Under the pieces are notes generated by a model. It ran no database searches. It was not told the origin of the DNA and saw only the letters and a program-made list of their open reading frames with translations. DNA of 64,000 nucleotides from Octopus sinensis (lineage: Eukaryota): the NCBI RefSeq assembly GCF_006345805.1, contig NC_043007.1, forward strand, positions 62,806,001 to 62,870,000. The letters are read 5' to 3'. A program made the translations under genes and the position numbers. Shown piece after piece: positions 27,035 through 41,600 of this stretch; the stretch's first letter is position 1; the number at the start of each line of letters is the position of its first letter.

Positions 27035-29222
27035 CATTTGTCATCAACTGAACATTTCCATTCATTCTTACTCAGGCTATGTTTTCCAAACGCCTTTCTC
27101 TGTTACTGATTTGGTCACCTAGGTAACAGAAGTTATCAACTAATTCTAGAGACCCTTTCAAGCATTCAAAGGAATTTATTTTCTGGGTGCATCAACTGCA
27201 TATATAAAATTATTCTGCTAAACATAACTTCCAATACAAATATGTATTGTGCAGAATGAAACACACATACACATAATGTAATAGTTGGACTATCTGTTCC
27301 AAATAGTCGAAGTAGATGATAGAGAAATGTCTCAGGATAAGATACTAGTTGATAATTTTTTTTCATACATGAGACATTAAACAATTTACATTAGCGATAT
27401 GAATTTGTAAACCTTTGTTGTGCTATATCTCTTGAGTTACAATTCATTGAATTGACTACATGTCTAATATGAATGTAAAGGTGAAATGAGGTTTTTGTTT
27501 GAATCAAAGATCTAAACGAAAACAAATAAAGAGATGATTTGGATGGGTGGAGAACTGGACAGAGATAGACTAATACTGTATGAATAAGTTGTAAAAATTT
27601 AAAGATATTGTTAGGATAAACTAGACAATGTAAAGGCAGGCTGAGGTGATGTGGATGCAAAATAAGATAAGTTGAGGAAGAAAAAGTGTTTGATGTAGTA
27701 CATGAGGAATATTATCTAAAGTAGAAATGGGTCAAATAAATGAGAGAATAACTTAGTATTTAAAGGAAATGAGAGATCTGGACAATGAAGGATATTGTAG
27801 AAACAATAGATTTTTTGAAAAAAAATTATAAAATATCTTAAGTATTTTGCCAAAGTGCTAGCAGCATAAAGCTGCAGAATAGTAAAATATGAATTGTAAG
27901 GACAATATATAACAAATGGAAAATAAATACAGTATTATCTGACATATGCTGAACATGAATCTAAAGAACAGTGAGGAGAGAAAATAATTGAATATTAAAA
28001 GCTTTAGTTGATATATTGCAATAAAGATTGTACTTCTATGGCAATACAATAAAGAATACATTGGATGAAGTGCTTACCAGTTGATAACAGAGAAACAAAA
28101 GAGACCATGCAAGGTAGAGGAAAGACAAGTAAAACTCAGAATGAGTTAGATTAGATCTTTGGAGGTTAAGCAACATCAAAACTGCTGTAATGCATATCTA
28201 TACAAATCATGCTGCTGGTAATCTAATAATCATGAAGCTACCAACTTGATAGCCATTCCAAATGGAAGAAGATCACATTTCAATGATGAGGAGGAAGATA
28301 AGAATAGTGAATAGTTTTACAACATGAACAAGCTATAAACTTAGTTACTATTAAAAAACAACTTATGCTTCCAAAATTTGTTTAAACATTACAAACGTAA
28401 GGGTAACTTATCTATATTCATTTACTGGTTTTAGTCATTGGATTGAGGTCATACAAGAGTACCACTATCAAGGGTTTAGGCCATCATATCATGTCAACTT
28501 CTGAATTTATTTTTGTGCTGTCCATCTGTTAGTTGAACCAAGAAATTATAGGACACAAAAGAACATAAACTACAATCTAGTGTGTGTTTATCCAGGTTAA
28601 CATGAATGAAATGGGTCAGTAGAACAGAAAATCTGCTAGTTACTTCACTACTTTCTGAAAGATCTTACAGAATCTAAGATCAGTATCACACAGCAATTAT
28701 TTTCCCTGAAAAATATATTATCAATAATGATGTTACTGTCATAATCAAAATAATAAAATATTGTTAGCACAAAATGTGAGAGGCCTAAAAAATATCCATA
28801 GAGTTGGAATGTGCAGGAGTTGATAAGGTGCCAGCAAACCAGCTAAAATGTGGAAATATATTGATTGGCATTGTATAGGCTTTGATCTAACCAAGGACAC
28901 CAGAGTGGAATGAGAATAAAATGTGCAATTTCATTTCTATGACTGTGCAACAGTTCTGACCATGAGTTACCTAAAGGCATGCCTGTTATTAAGTTCCCCT
29001 TAATTGTTATTCATCACCTTAGATTGAGTAAAAAGTGGAAAGATTTGATAGACAAAAAATAACATTATAAAATTTTAAAGGTAATCCTTACACAATCTAC
29101 AACAAAGCATAAGGTTAGACTGGTTTGTCTAGCATTAAGAGAAAATACTTCTAACGTGTATCATTTCTAAATTCCCCAGAAATGCCTATGATCTGCTTCT
29201 CAGCTAAACTGAAATATCTTAC

Positions 29223-29277
29223 CCACATTCAATGAACTGTTTATAGCAGAGCTGATATCCTGATACAAGCTGGTCAC
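29223..29277 (-). other. Candidate exon of unknown gene (DQLVSGYQLCYKQFIEC)
   Basis: tttatcag acceptor, TGG|gtaaga donor, phase-compatible with 13738-13687. Confidence 0.25.
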
Positions 29278-31924
29278 CTGATAAATTATCCATTAGCTAC
29301 TTCAGTCTCTCTACACATGCACAGTACTCAAAGTTGCAAGTTTTCATAGGATGTTTATCGAAATATACAGCTATACCAGTATAATGTTTATCGTCGTTTT
29401 TTTTTGTTCAACTAAAATGAGAATACATAAAGTAATTTTAGAATGGAAAACATAAATTTCTGCAACCGTCCTGCTTCCCACACACAAGAAGGCAACATTA
29501 TGAAATCTCACTTTCTCTTACACCCCCTACAAATACACTTTTCAATACAACAGCATGACTTATTTCCATAACATAGTTGGATGGACTAACATGTTGTCTT
29601 ATTCACTTCTGCTTATTTGGAATTGATGTCTAGAATAACTGAAAAGAGATTTCAATAAACTATATACCCTCAAAGCCTTTCTTCCTCATCTAGATTTTTC
29701 ACTTCTTCATTATTGCTGTTTATTTTGTTGGTGTAGTTGTTCCTCTATCAATAAATATCCAAAAGCAGATAAGAAGAAAAAAGGAAAATTGTATAAAAAA
29801 AAACCAAAATAAAATTCCAGGAAGTAGATAAAAAAAAAGAAAGAATACAATCTCGAAAGTGAATTTTATGAATGATATTGATATTCAACATGAGTTTGGT
29901 TATTGCTATATTATTGTACTCCATTAAAAAGGCATATATTAAATTTTATTTTCTCCAGGGAAGTGAGTCTCAATGTTGTAAAAGAGAAAAATCTGCTATA
30001 ATAAATTTTTTTTTTAAAAACCAGAAACAAAAAAATAAAATCACAATTTGCTCATTGAACCAACTTCTCTAGCTTATATATCTGCTTTTCAAACAAGAAG
30101 CCAAAACACTCACTCGTGTACCGGTCCCAGTATCTAAGCAGGCCATTTAATGTCCGTTTTCCGTGTTGGCAACACATATTCTTCAAACAGAATTACAATG
30201 AAATTAGCCTTGCAAAATTTGAAAGGAAAAAAAACACCTCTCATATCTAACTCAGACAAATGTAAAATACACATAATTACTAAAATAACTGCAATAGACT
30301 TAAAATCCATTTTGGGATAACTAATTCTGCTACACCAAGACTGAGTTAATGTGGGTATTTTTCTACCACTTCTACCAGAACAGTTCAACCATATATGAAC
30401 AGACTTGACAGCAAACAATACACCATGATTAACACACTCCTCCCTATACAGTTAAGATTTGCTTGATGAAGGGTGGTCCTACACTAGACTGCATACAACT
30501 AGGGCATTCTTGAGCATTTGATGAGATACCTCAGGTTAACTCTGATACAGCAGATCTGTGATCAAAGGCTTTTCATTCATGACAATCCCACCTGTTTTGC
30601 ACATAATGTATTCAGGACTGACCTACTGAATATGTCTACTTTTTTTTAAGCTTTTAGCACTAATATTACTCTGTCAAATTTAAAACTTAATTTACATTGT
30701 TTTGAATTAACCATACATTATCTTGTAACTTCGAGATTTCAATGATGTGATTGTATATTTTTAGAATGGCATTGTAAAGTAGATGTAAGAGGCCAGATTG
30801 GATATAAAACAAGTAGAATATTTGAGCTAGATATAACCAGCTTAAAGACAGTTAAGTATGATTTGAGTGAAGCTTGGCTACAAGTTTGACTACGTCAAGC
30901 AACTGCAAAAAGGCTCCCTTTGTGTCATAGAAATGCTCAAGCAAAACTGACTAGAACAATTCAACAATAACTTGAACTCAAAATATTCAACTGGCTATTT
31001 TCATATTTTACTTAACAGAAACAGTGGATCTATTCATATTACATATGTCCAGAAAATAAAAATACAAAACCAACTGATATAATAAATAAATAAGAATTTT
31101 TCCCCCATTGTATATAAAGCATTGTTAATTTTAGGTATGGCTGTTGTTAAGAAATTTATTTCCCTGCCACATGGTTACGTGCTACCTTGGGCAAGTATCT
31201 TCTACACTAGACCATCCAAAGCTTCATGAATGAATTTAGTAGACAAAAAACTGAAAAAAGTTTGTCATATGCATTTATGTGTGTGTATTTTCTTGTCTTG
31301 ATATCATACAATAGTTGTAAGTAAATGTCACCATAATTCAAGAGATGGCCTTTATTTCAAATTTTCTGTGTAAACAAGTTCAACCATGGGGAAATATGAC
31401 CTTGCTTGGAAACAGGCAAGGGTTGGTGACAGGAAACACATCCAGTTGTAGAAAATCTGCCTCAACAAATCCTGTATGAGCCAGGCAAGCTTGGGAAAGT
31501 GAACATAAAAATGATGACAATGACGAACACAGAATGCACAATTTCAACTTTTACAAATGATGAGGCATGTGTTGTTGCAGCGTGTCACTGCATCCACCAT
31601 TTGTTGGTATTTGCTTGGGTCATTTTAGGTAACCCTCCACATGTCACATAGTCATGACAGACTATGTGACATGTGGCCAACTCCTCTGAGAAGTGAACAT
31701 GACATGCAGGACCCAATTTATAAAATTGAGCAACATGAGCAAACAGTCTGAGGTGATGCTTCCTAATCATACAAGCAACAGGATGACCCCAATTTGAGTA
31801 TAGTTATTCTTAACTCTATACTCCAAATAATAGATGGTGGTGGTTGTTGCGGTTTAGCCCAGCTTAACTATTTGATCAAAAGGTGTTCTAATTGTAATCA
31901 TCTGGTCTTTTTGTATAACAAGGC

Positions 31925-32325
31925 TTACACGAGTTCCATCTACCAAATCCACTCACAAGGCTTTGGTCAGCCCAAGGCTATAGCAGAAGACACTTGCTCA
32001 AGGTGCCATGCAGTGGGACTGAACCTGGAACCATGTGGTTGGGAAGCAAGCTTCTTATATTTCTTGATTGCCTACAAGGGGCTAAACATAGAGGGGACAA
32101 ACAAGGACAGACAAAGGGATTAAGTCAATTACATCAACCCCAGTGTGTAACTGGTAGTGAATTTATTGACCGCGAAAGGATGAAAGGCAAAGTCAACCTC
32201 GGCGGAGTTTGAACTCAGAACGTAACGGCAGACAAAATACTGCTAAGCATTTCACTGGGTGTGCTAACGTTTCTGCCAGCTCGCTGCCTTAAGCAAGCTT
32301 CTTCCCAAACAGCCACGCCTGCACA
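31925..32325 (-). mobile_element. Nested SINEs: Meta/MESC-type SINE (32057-32290) inside the head of a second-family SINE
   Basis: 13-bp TSD aagcaagcttctt at 32044-32056 and 32291-32303. Confidence 0.85.
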
Positions 32326-34689
32326 TATACCAAGCTTTTGTATTTTTAGATGGGCAGCCTGTGATTGTGGCTTGCAGAATCTATGCTTTGCTTGTATAGT
32401 ACATTTTTTTGGTGGCAGGTGAATAGGGAGGAGCGTATTGTCTATGGTCAAATGCTATTTACAATAATAATAGCAATGAAAATGATGTAGTAAATAAATA
32501 AATATGAACACAAAATTATTTATTAAAGAGGAAATAAAAATACATCTATAAAATGTAATGAACTGGTGTTAATTCTTTGTCCTTTTTTAACACTTTTCAT
32601 ATTGCCTTGAATACAAATATAGGTTTTGTGTTTCAGCAAAATTTCAAATTATTGCATATTTTAAAGAATTTTTTTTATGACTAAATATCCTACTGAGTAA
32701 GTCACTTAAATGCCATGTAAACTGAGGTAATTTGAGCAATGTACCATATGTATAAGCATTGTGCACTACGGCCATTATCTTGTACAAATCAATAAACAAT
32801 GTAGTATCTCACTCAGTATCTCAATCAGTCAGCACATCAAGATTTACAATGTATTTGCTCAGTTGAATGTTCCTATAACTTCTATCGACTTAAAATGAGT
32901 AGAACTTTATATTCATCTAAGAAGAACGATCCACTGACTGTGTTTCTTCTTTCTGCTTCTTTGGCCTTGCTGATAGCCAGGCACTTGTTGTCACCCAAGT
33001 GGTTGTCATTCCTCTTTCTGAGGCATAATTTTAAATAAATATTTTGTCTAATTGTTTCTAACCAGGGCAACATCTTTCTGGAATAATTTTCCTATTCATG
33101 TTTACCTCCCCAACTACTAACCCACAATCAGATTCAATTTTTACAATAACCTCATTTAGTCTAACAAGATATAAAAAATAAAAAGCACTGCTTTGAAAAT
33201 AAAAGAGGATACATTATAGAATATTTGCAACTGGATTTTGAATGTTCTCAATGTCTAAGTAAAAACAAAATTATGTATGTGGTCACTTGCCCTACTAGAG
33301 AAAGTGATAAAATTTTCTTCAACTGTTTTAAATATGAACACATTATACAATATAACCCTAGATAGACTATGCCTGAAAAAAAAAATGAGAGGATGGTCAT
33401 GGCAAGCATTGCTTTGATCAGGGATGGTAAGATACTAAACAATAATACTGCAGATTTCATGTATATGTAAAACAATTTAATTTCTTATAGGTTCACACCA
33501 TGTTTATGACATACATTTCCAACATGTGCTGAAAGTGCTGGAGAATCAAACTCATACATACATCAAAGAAACAGAAATACAGATAATGGTCTGTTACTTT
33601 AGAGTTATCAGCTGAATAGAACAAAAGCTTTGTAGTTTGAAGAGAGGAGACCAAGCCACTGCTTAAATTGTAAAGTGAAAAATAGAATTAAAATTACTTT
33701 CATCTTTTTTTTTTAACTTTTATGTCCCCTTAGATTATAACACTAAATTTATAAGAGAAGAAAAATGGGAGATTGTGATATTCAAGCTTTTCCACTGTCT
33801 CTTTTTAGAGATATTAGTAGAGCTTCCCCAGTCGAAACTCTAAGCATTATCTATCACATATCTGTTTATGTCACATTCATTAATAATGAAATATGTGATT
33901 ATAACACATTTAATAAAAAAATCTTCCACAACTAAAAAGTGATTTAGAAGAACATTGGTTGTTTGTGCCATGTCAAAGATCATGGGTTATAATAGCATTG
34001 CAATAAACTTCACTTTCATTTTATAGTAGAATGGATTGTGAAGATTTCTCAGAAACAAAGACATGGAATGCATAGAGTAGGAGCAGTATAAGTGAAATAA
34101 CTGCAACCAAGAGTTAAAATGAGAACATTAACTCATTTCACACAGATCATAATCTTAATTTACTGCACATGAATCCACAAATCAGTATCTTAAGTACACA
34201 GTTTCAGTGCTTAGAAACTAGTTGGAGATTATAATATTTGAAAAGTTCAAGGTATTTAGGACATCATCATCCCCATTTAATATCTACTTTTCCAGGCTTG
34301 CATGGGATAGGCAGAATTTGTTAAAACATCTTTTCTATAGCCAGATGCCCTTGTTGATGCCAACCTTCACCTGTTTCCAAGCAAGGTAATATTTTTCCAT
34401 GGCCAAACATGTTTTCATGGAAGGTTGAAAAGGAATGACACCACTTGTATGAAGGTGACACTTGATTAACAACCATCATGCAATGTTAACACAAAGAGAC
34501 ACACACGCACATATTTTTTACTGGTTTCAGTCATTTGACTGTGGCAATGACAGGACATCACCTAGGGCTTATTCTATAGGTCTCTCTTGCTGAATTGCTA
34601 ACTTATGGGGAGATAAACAAACCAAAACCAGTTGTCAAGTAGGGAAAAGAGACAATCACAAACACAGATACATATGCATATATATATAT

Positions 34690-35350
34690 AAATCAAAATC
34701 GCTGACGTGGCTGATGACAGTACCGCCTGATTGGCACTCGTGCCAGTGGAACGTTAAAAACACATCTGAGCATGGGGTGTAACCAGCCCACTTACGAGTA
34801 CCCCTCATTCATTGGACAATAAACTTTGCTTGTGAAGACCTATTGAGGCAAGTGAAATCAAATCAAAATTGCTGACATGGCCAATGACAGGACCGTCTGA
34901 TTGGCACTTGTGCCAGTGGAATGTTAAAAGCACATCTGAGTGTGATTGTTGCCAGGGCCACAGATTAGCTCCTGTGCTGGTGGCACTTAAAAAGCACCAT
35001 TCGAGTGTGATTGTTGTCAGTGTCGCCTTACTGGCACATGAAAAACAACATTCGAGTGTGGTTATTGATTGCCAGAGCCGCCAGACTGGCTCCTGTGCAG
35101 GTAGCATGTAAAAAACACCTTCTGAGCGTGGTCGTTGCCAGAACCACCTGACTGGCCCTCATGCTGGAGGCACGTAAAAGCACTCACTACACCCTTGGAG
35201 TGGTTGGTGTTAGAAAGGGCATCCAGCTGTAGAAAGTTTGCCAGATCAGATTGGAGCCTTGCGCAGCCTTCTGGCTCATCAGTCCTCAGTCAAACCGTCC
35301 AACCCATGCCAGCATGGAAAATGGACGTTAAACAATAATGATGATGATAT
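34690..35350 (+). mobile_element. RTE 3' UTR fragment with tandem gtgcc-N3-ggcac/aaaagcac units and (GAT)n tail
   Basis: Shares sequence with 43666-43748 and 48420-48853. Confidence 0.8.
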
Positions 35351-36977
35351 ATATATATACACACACAGAGGGAAGGAGAGGGAGAGAGAGAGAGAGAGAA
35401 ACATACACACACATCACAATGGGCTTCTTTCAGCTTTTGTTTTTCAAATCCTCCCTTAAGCTTTTGTCAGGCCAAGATGCCTTGACGTGAGACTGAACCC
35501 AGAACCATATGGATGAGAAGCAAACTTTTTTATCACATAACCATGCCTGCATCTTGAGAATATTATGCCACTTACAGAGAGACATTATATTGTAGACTCA
35601 TCTACTTCATGCCAGAACAGACAAAAATAATGATGATGATGAAAATATTTGGAATAGCAAGCTCAACTGACCTAACACAATTTATATTAGTTTATCACAG
35701 ATGCTAGAGGTAAATTATTTAAAGAAATATATTTAGTGAATGTTATAAAAGGAATGGCGGTGAGCTGAGCAGATGAATATTTTAATAGATCTATTCATAC
35801 AAGGAAAAAAATCACAACACAAAGATGCTTTCAGTTATTTCATTCAAGCATTAAATATCTGGAAGATAACTTTTTGATGAAAAGACTATCCAGTGCAGTC
35901 TGTCATACAAAAGAACTAACTCCTTATATTAAAGATGTAAACCATTGCTGTTAACTTCTGTCGAAATGTAGAGCTTTGAGCTATGGTGCTAAAACTCAAA
36001 GTACAAAATTCATAATGTTTATAGTTATTACAATGCTAAACCAAATAAGGAAAACTGTTCAGTACTTAATATAGTAGAGCAAAAGACAGAGAAAGGAAAT
36101 TAGTTGTTTTAATCTTTAAGTATTTAAGCTGGCCATATCCAACCCAAATATTCAACCTTGTTTTACATTCAAACTATCTAGATTCAGCCTCTCACACTTA
36201 TCCTTCAATGTCATTTTAAAAATAAACAACCAAATTATCAAAATCTCAAAGCTATAAAATAATGCATGATTAATTCAAAACTATGTAAACAGATAAGCAT
36301 TACATTTGTCAAAGCAATCGGAATGCAAAGGGGTTAGTGATCCATAGGGGTAAGCATCGCTGTGTGGTGAGAAGTTTCCTTCCCAACCATATGGTTCCAG
36401 GTTCAAATCTCACAACATGGCATCTTGGGCATGTGTCTTCTGCTATAACCTCAGTCCAACCAAAGCCTTGAGTAGATTTGGTAGACAGTAACTAAAAGAA
36501 GCCCATCGAAAAGTAGATGTAAAAATGAAACACTACGTAATCCTCTCACCAGATTCCTGTTGAACAGCCCAACTCATGCCAGCATGGAAGCCTGTACCCA
36601 TATATGCATATACATATATATGTAAGTATGTACATATATGTATGTATATATGCATATATATTTTATTCATATCATTATATGATTGAACGCCACGCATCCA
36701 TTTCCAAGTAAGTTTATCTTAATAATTTTGATGTGACTCTACTCTGTACTGTTCTCTCTCTCCCCCTTTTGTTTTCTCTCTTTCTTTCTCTAATTCTTTT
36801 TTCTCCCCTTCTCCCCCTTTCGTTTTTTCTCTCATCCTTTCTCTAATTTTTTTCTCCCCTCCCCCTCCCTTACTCTCTCATTGCTCACACATGACCATCG
36901 TCCATCTTTCTTTTCCTTCAGTCTATTGCACAGACCAGATGCATTTTTATCTGTCTCCTTTCCAATTTTTTCTTTTG

Positions 36978-37067
36978 TCAAAGAATATTCCTCCAGCGTT
37001 CACTACCTTACCTTCTCTGGTCTAATAGAGAAGGTAAGGTAGTGAACGCTTGAAAAATATTCTTTGA
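36978..37067. repeat. Foldback hairpin: 24-bp perfect stem, 8-nt loop, plus 12-bp outer stem
   Basis: agcgttcactaccttaccttctct (36995-37018) pairs with agagaaggtaaggtagtgaacgct (37027-37050). tcaaagaatatt (36978-36989) pairs with aatattctttga (37056-37067). Confidence 0.9.
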
Positions 37068-38049
37068 TGTCATTTGTTTTGTTGTACGTCTCTACTGTCC
37101 TGTTTTTGTTACCAACTTTGACCCTCTGCAAATACAAAATTTTATTTTGGTTTGAAGGAGCAACTGTTTTTCAAAGCCTCATACTGTTGTTAATTGCTCA
37201 AAATGTGGAGTAGATGAACAGCCGACAACTCATGAAAGGTTGTTCTTTATGTTATTTATCTTGTTTTCCATTTGTTTCTCTTGTTGTTTGCATACCCAAG
37301 TTTGCCATCGTATTTCAAGTTGTTTACATTTTGACATCCTGTATCCATATATATATATATATATATATATATATGGTACGTAAAAAGCACCATCCGAACG
37401 TGGCTGATGCCAGTGATACCTGGTGCAGCCTCCTGGCTTCCAAGACTCCGGTCAAACTGTCCAACCCATGCTAGCATGGAAAACGAACATTAAACAATGA
37501 TGATGATATAAATATATATATATTTTTATTTATATTATATATATAATTATATTATGTATGTGTGTGCGTGTATATATATAATTACACTATATTATATATT
37601 GTGTGTGTGTATGTGTGTGCGTGTTTGTATATATATATTACCAAAACAAAATTATAAAGTAAAAATTAATATAACAATGTGTTTTAATGGCTGCAATGAC
37701 TACTGCAATAAAATTGTTAAAATTATATATATAAATTGTTAAAAAAAATGTAATGAGAAATCAGAGAGCAAATGGTAAAAGTATAAATCATATATATCAA
37801 TAAAGACATAAAACATGTTGATATGTATAGCATTAGACATGACAGCTTTTAAGCAATTAATAAAAGTTGGCTTAGGAAAATGTATCTTTTTCAATATGCA
37901 AGCTTGTGTATGTATGTGAGTATCTTGTCTTAGAGGCAAATAAAACACACATGGACTAATTGGTAAAGATTTTATCACCTGATCATCGCTATGCATTTGT
38001 TTTGGTGCAATACATATGGGTACATGGAAACAAATTCTCTTAAATGCCC

Positions 38050-38600
38050 AGATGGCTCACTAGGAGTCAGCAGCTTCTGTTAACTAGAAGACGTAATAAC
38101 AGACGTGATTGTTCTGAAAGTATAATAGTGAGGGTAAGAACTAGTTGGAAAAAATTCATGGAGCTATTTCTATTACTAGCAACAAAGATCTTTACCCTTA
38201 GATTGAAGTGTAGATTGTGTGATGCTTGTGTAAGACCTGCAACATTGCATAGTAATGAGCTATGTAGAAGACTTGTGAGGTTTTGAATGAAACGAAGTGA
38301 GTATGCTCCAATGGATGTGTAATGTTAGTGTGCATGAAAGCTAGAGTACAAATGAGCTAAGAGAAAAACCAGGTTTAAGAGAAACCAAGTGTAATGAGCA
38401 AAAGAGGTTGCAAAGCATATGGAGGATGACTTGTATACATAAGTTCAAGCACACAAAGTTAGTGGAACCTTTGAAAGAGGGAGACCAAGGGAGACAGGAG
38501 GAAGTGGTGAAGGCTAAGCTAAAGATGTGACATGTTACAGAGGCAATGACAAAGAAAACTACTGACTAGCAATATATGGTGCTACAGAAGACTCATCCAC
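38050..38600 (+). mobile_element. Decayed RTE LINE 3' fragment
   Basis: CSESIIVRVRTSWKKFMEL...RLCDACVRPATLHSNE. Confidence 0.8.
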
Positions 38601-38663
38601 CATGCAAAATGCACCTTAACACAAGAGAAGTGTTTAAGAAATTGCAATTTATATATGTGTGTA

Positions 38664-38697
<34 letters not shown>

Positions 38698-41600
38698 CAT
38701 ATATATATATATATATATACATATATAAAAGCACTTCGTAACATTCAAAAGATTTGAACTGACACTCCAGAATCTTTACCGAGGACCAAGTTAATGGGGT
38801 AAAGAGTGGCTATAAGGGGAATCCAAGTGAATAGATATGGAGAAAATGATGCAAATGGACAGATAAAACTCCTTGGGTTTGACAGATAAAGAATATATAT
38901 ACATGTATACATGTGAATAAAGAAAAGGCAAAGACTAAAAGATTTTCATATGGTTAACATTCAAGTATAACTATATATATATACATATATATAAAGTTAA
39001 TCCAAACAAGAAAACAAAAAGACAACAACGCGAGGATGTGGAACAAATAAAGTATTATTGGGCACTCAGGAAAAAAGGGAAGAAGGAGGGTATGACGTTT
39101 CGAGCGGAGCTCTTCGTTGGAAACATAGGAGAAAGAAAGATCCCGAGGTGGGAGGACAGAGGGGAAAAAAAATGCAAGTGGTGTTCACGAGGTCACATAC
39201 TGAAGAAGCAAGGTTTTCAAAGACAGAAGAGCGGAATCAAAGAAGGAATGGTAAACAAAGGTGTGCGAGATGACAAGGGTGTGTGTGTGAGTGTGCGCGT
39301 GTGTGTGTATGTGTGTATATGGTGGGCGAAGGCTAGTGACAAGCAGCAATAGCGAGTCACAGGTCAGAAACAGGAAGGAATGTGTGTGTGCGTGTACATG
39401 TCTCGTGTGTGTTTTGTTGTAGTATGTGTGTGTGTACGTGTGGGTTTTTTTGTGTGTATGGCGAGTAACTGTGCTTAACTAAGTGTATGTGTGGGTGTGT
39501 GTGCTTATATGTGAGTATATGTATAATTGTGTGCATGTATGTATGTGTGCGTGCGTATGTGTGCATATGTATGTGCGTGTCTGTGCTTATATGTGTGTAC
39601 GTATGTGTATGTGTGCGTGCGCGTGGAGGTATATGTAGTGTGTATGTATATGTGAATTCGTGTGTGTTTGTACGTAAGTGTGTGTGCGTGTATTGTATAT
39701 ATGTAAATATGTAAATGTGTGTAAGTGCGTGGGAGTGAATGTATGTATGTATGTGCGTGTGTGTACAAAATGTAGGGGTATTATATGTGTGTTTATATGT
39801 TTATATGTGTGTGTATATATGCATGCAAGGAAACACTTCGCGACTGAAGGAATGATGGAAAATACTCCTGCAGTGACAGGCGCAAGAGAAACCCCAGGCA
39901 CAATGCGCCGGCCCAGCCACGAACCCGAGATATAGCCAGAACCCACAGGCGTGCGTGCAGAGCAAACTTACTCAGATTACATAGACTCAAAGAATTAGAG
40001 GGGAGAAGGTATGGTGTTACAAGTCTGACAGCTGTTTCTGGAGGCTCAGAGTTACTTCATAATGTTGGCAGATATAATTCACCAGTAACGGAAGCAAACA
40101 AACATTGGATAAAATCCTTGCCAAACCTACCTTACCACCCATCACTTACATCCTCCCCATTCACTAGTCATGACTACCTACCACCTCATTTATTATACTT
40201 ACTCTTCTGTACTACCATCAGCGCACTCTCTTAGGTCTTAGATCTATTGCCACTCAACACCTCCTCTTACTGTTATCTCACTACCTGCCCTTATATCTCT
40301 AGAATATCCTCTAACCTTCTTTACTTTATTGCACCAACTGTTTTCCCCAATACTCCTCTCTCTCCATCCTCTGCCATCCCATCGAGGATATTTTGTAGCA
40401 TTCACACTCTACTTCTATAGCACCCTCCAGTATCTCCCCCCACTCTGATCTGCTCTCACACTTTCCACTCTCTTTCTTTCAGGATTCTTCTCCACTATAG
40501 CCTATTGCTGCTTATGTCCCCTTTCCCTTACAGTCCCATTCATACTCACCCTTATGATATAGAGTAGCCTTAGAAAACCTACCTTTCACCTTTCCACTGT
40601 CTTACCATCTTTCTCAATAACTCTTCACTAATCCCTTCCTTTTTCTTTGTTCCCTGCTATACTCCATCCCCACTAATTAGTGCCTCCTCCACTACTTGTA
40701 CTCATCCTTCTACCTACAATCATCGTACCCTCTCTTTTCTATTCTCCCTCAGTAATAAGAGTGATTCTAGGCCCTTAGCCTTGCAAGTTATGAGGCAATC
40801 TTCCTAAGTGCTAGTGCTATGAAAAAAGTATCCAGTACGTTCTGTGAAGTTGTTGGCATTAGGAAGAGCATCTAGCCAGGAAACTCATGCAAAATTATCA
40901 GTGAAACATTACATAATCCTCTCACCAGATCCATGTTGAACAGCCCAACTCATGCCAGCATGGAAGCCAGACACTGAAAGATGATAATGCGCAAGGATGA
41001 AGCACAAGCATGTGGTTAAATGATTAATACCCAGTCGCTGAGTGGGTGAGTGCCCAAGCTCTTAAGAGTAGAGTAGATTTAACAATATGTAGATAATCAT
41101 TAAGTAGAAAGTGTCAATGTTAAAAGCAACAGCAAGCTCAACTGACATGTCTTTTGTCACTTGCAGTGCTGAGATCAGTTTTTTCCATGGATGTCACCAG
41201 AACAGGAATCTAAGTCCCGTTGGTTTTATCAATAAGTCAATAAGGTTGATCACACAGAGGATCAATGTACTTGATTATATGAACTTAAATAATTGATTTG
41301 ATCAGAATATTAGACAGGTAATTAAGGAAGGATTTATTTATTTAATTAAAGCGTGTGGTTGATTAAACTGACATCAATATCCTACTGATACTCATCATCA
41401 AATACAGAAGACTGAAAGACCAAGTTAACATCAACTGATTGTCAAGTCAGAACATTGAAACTGCACTATTTAGTATCTTATTTTCAATTAAATGCTCAAA
41501 TATATTACTCATGGCAGAATTGAATTAGAGCCTCTGGACTTCTGTTACCATATTTCTCATGTTTAAATTAATTTTGAATATTATTAAGAATTTAGTAAAA

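Noticed and set aside
33491-35936. Plus-strand exon-like open stretches at ~33491-33588 and ~35835-35936
   Set aside because: Weak donors, no homology and no chain of compatible exons.
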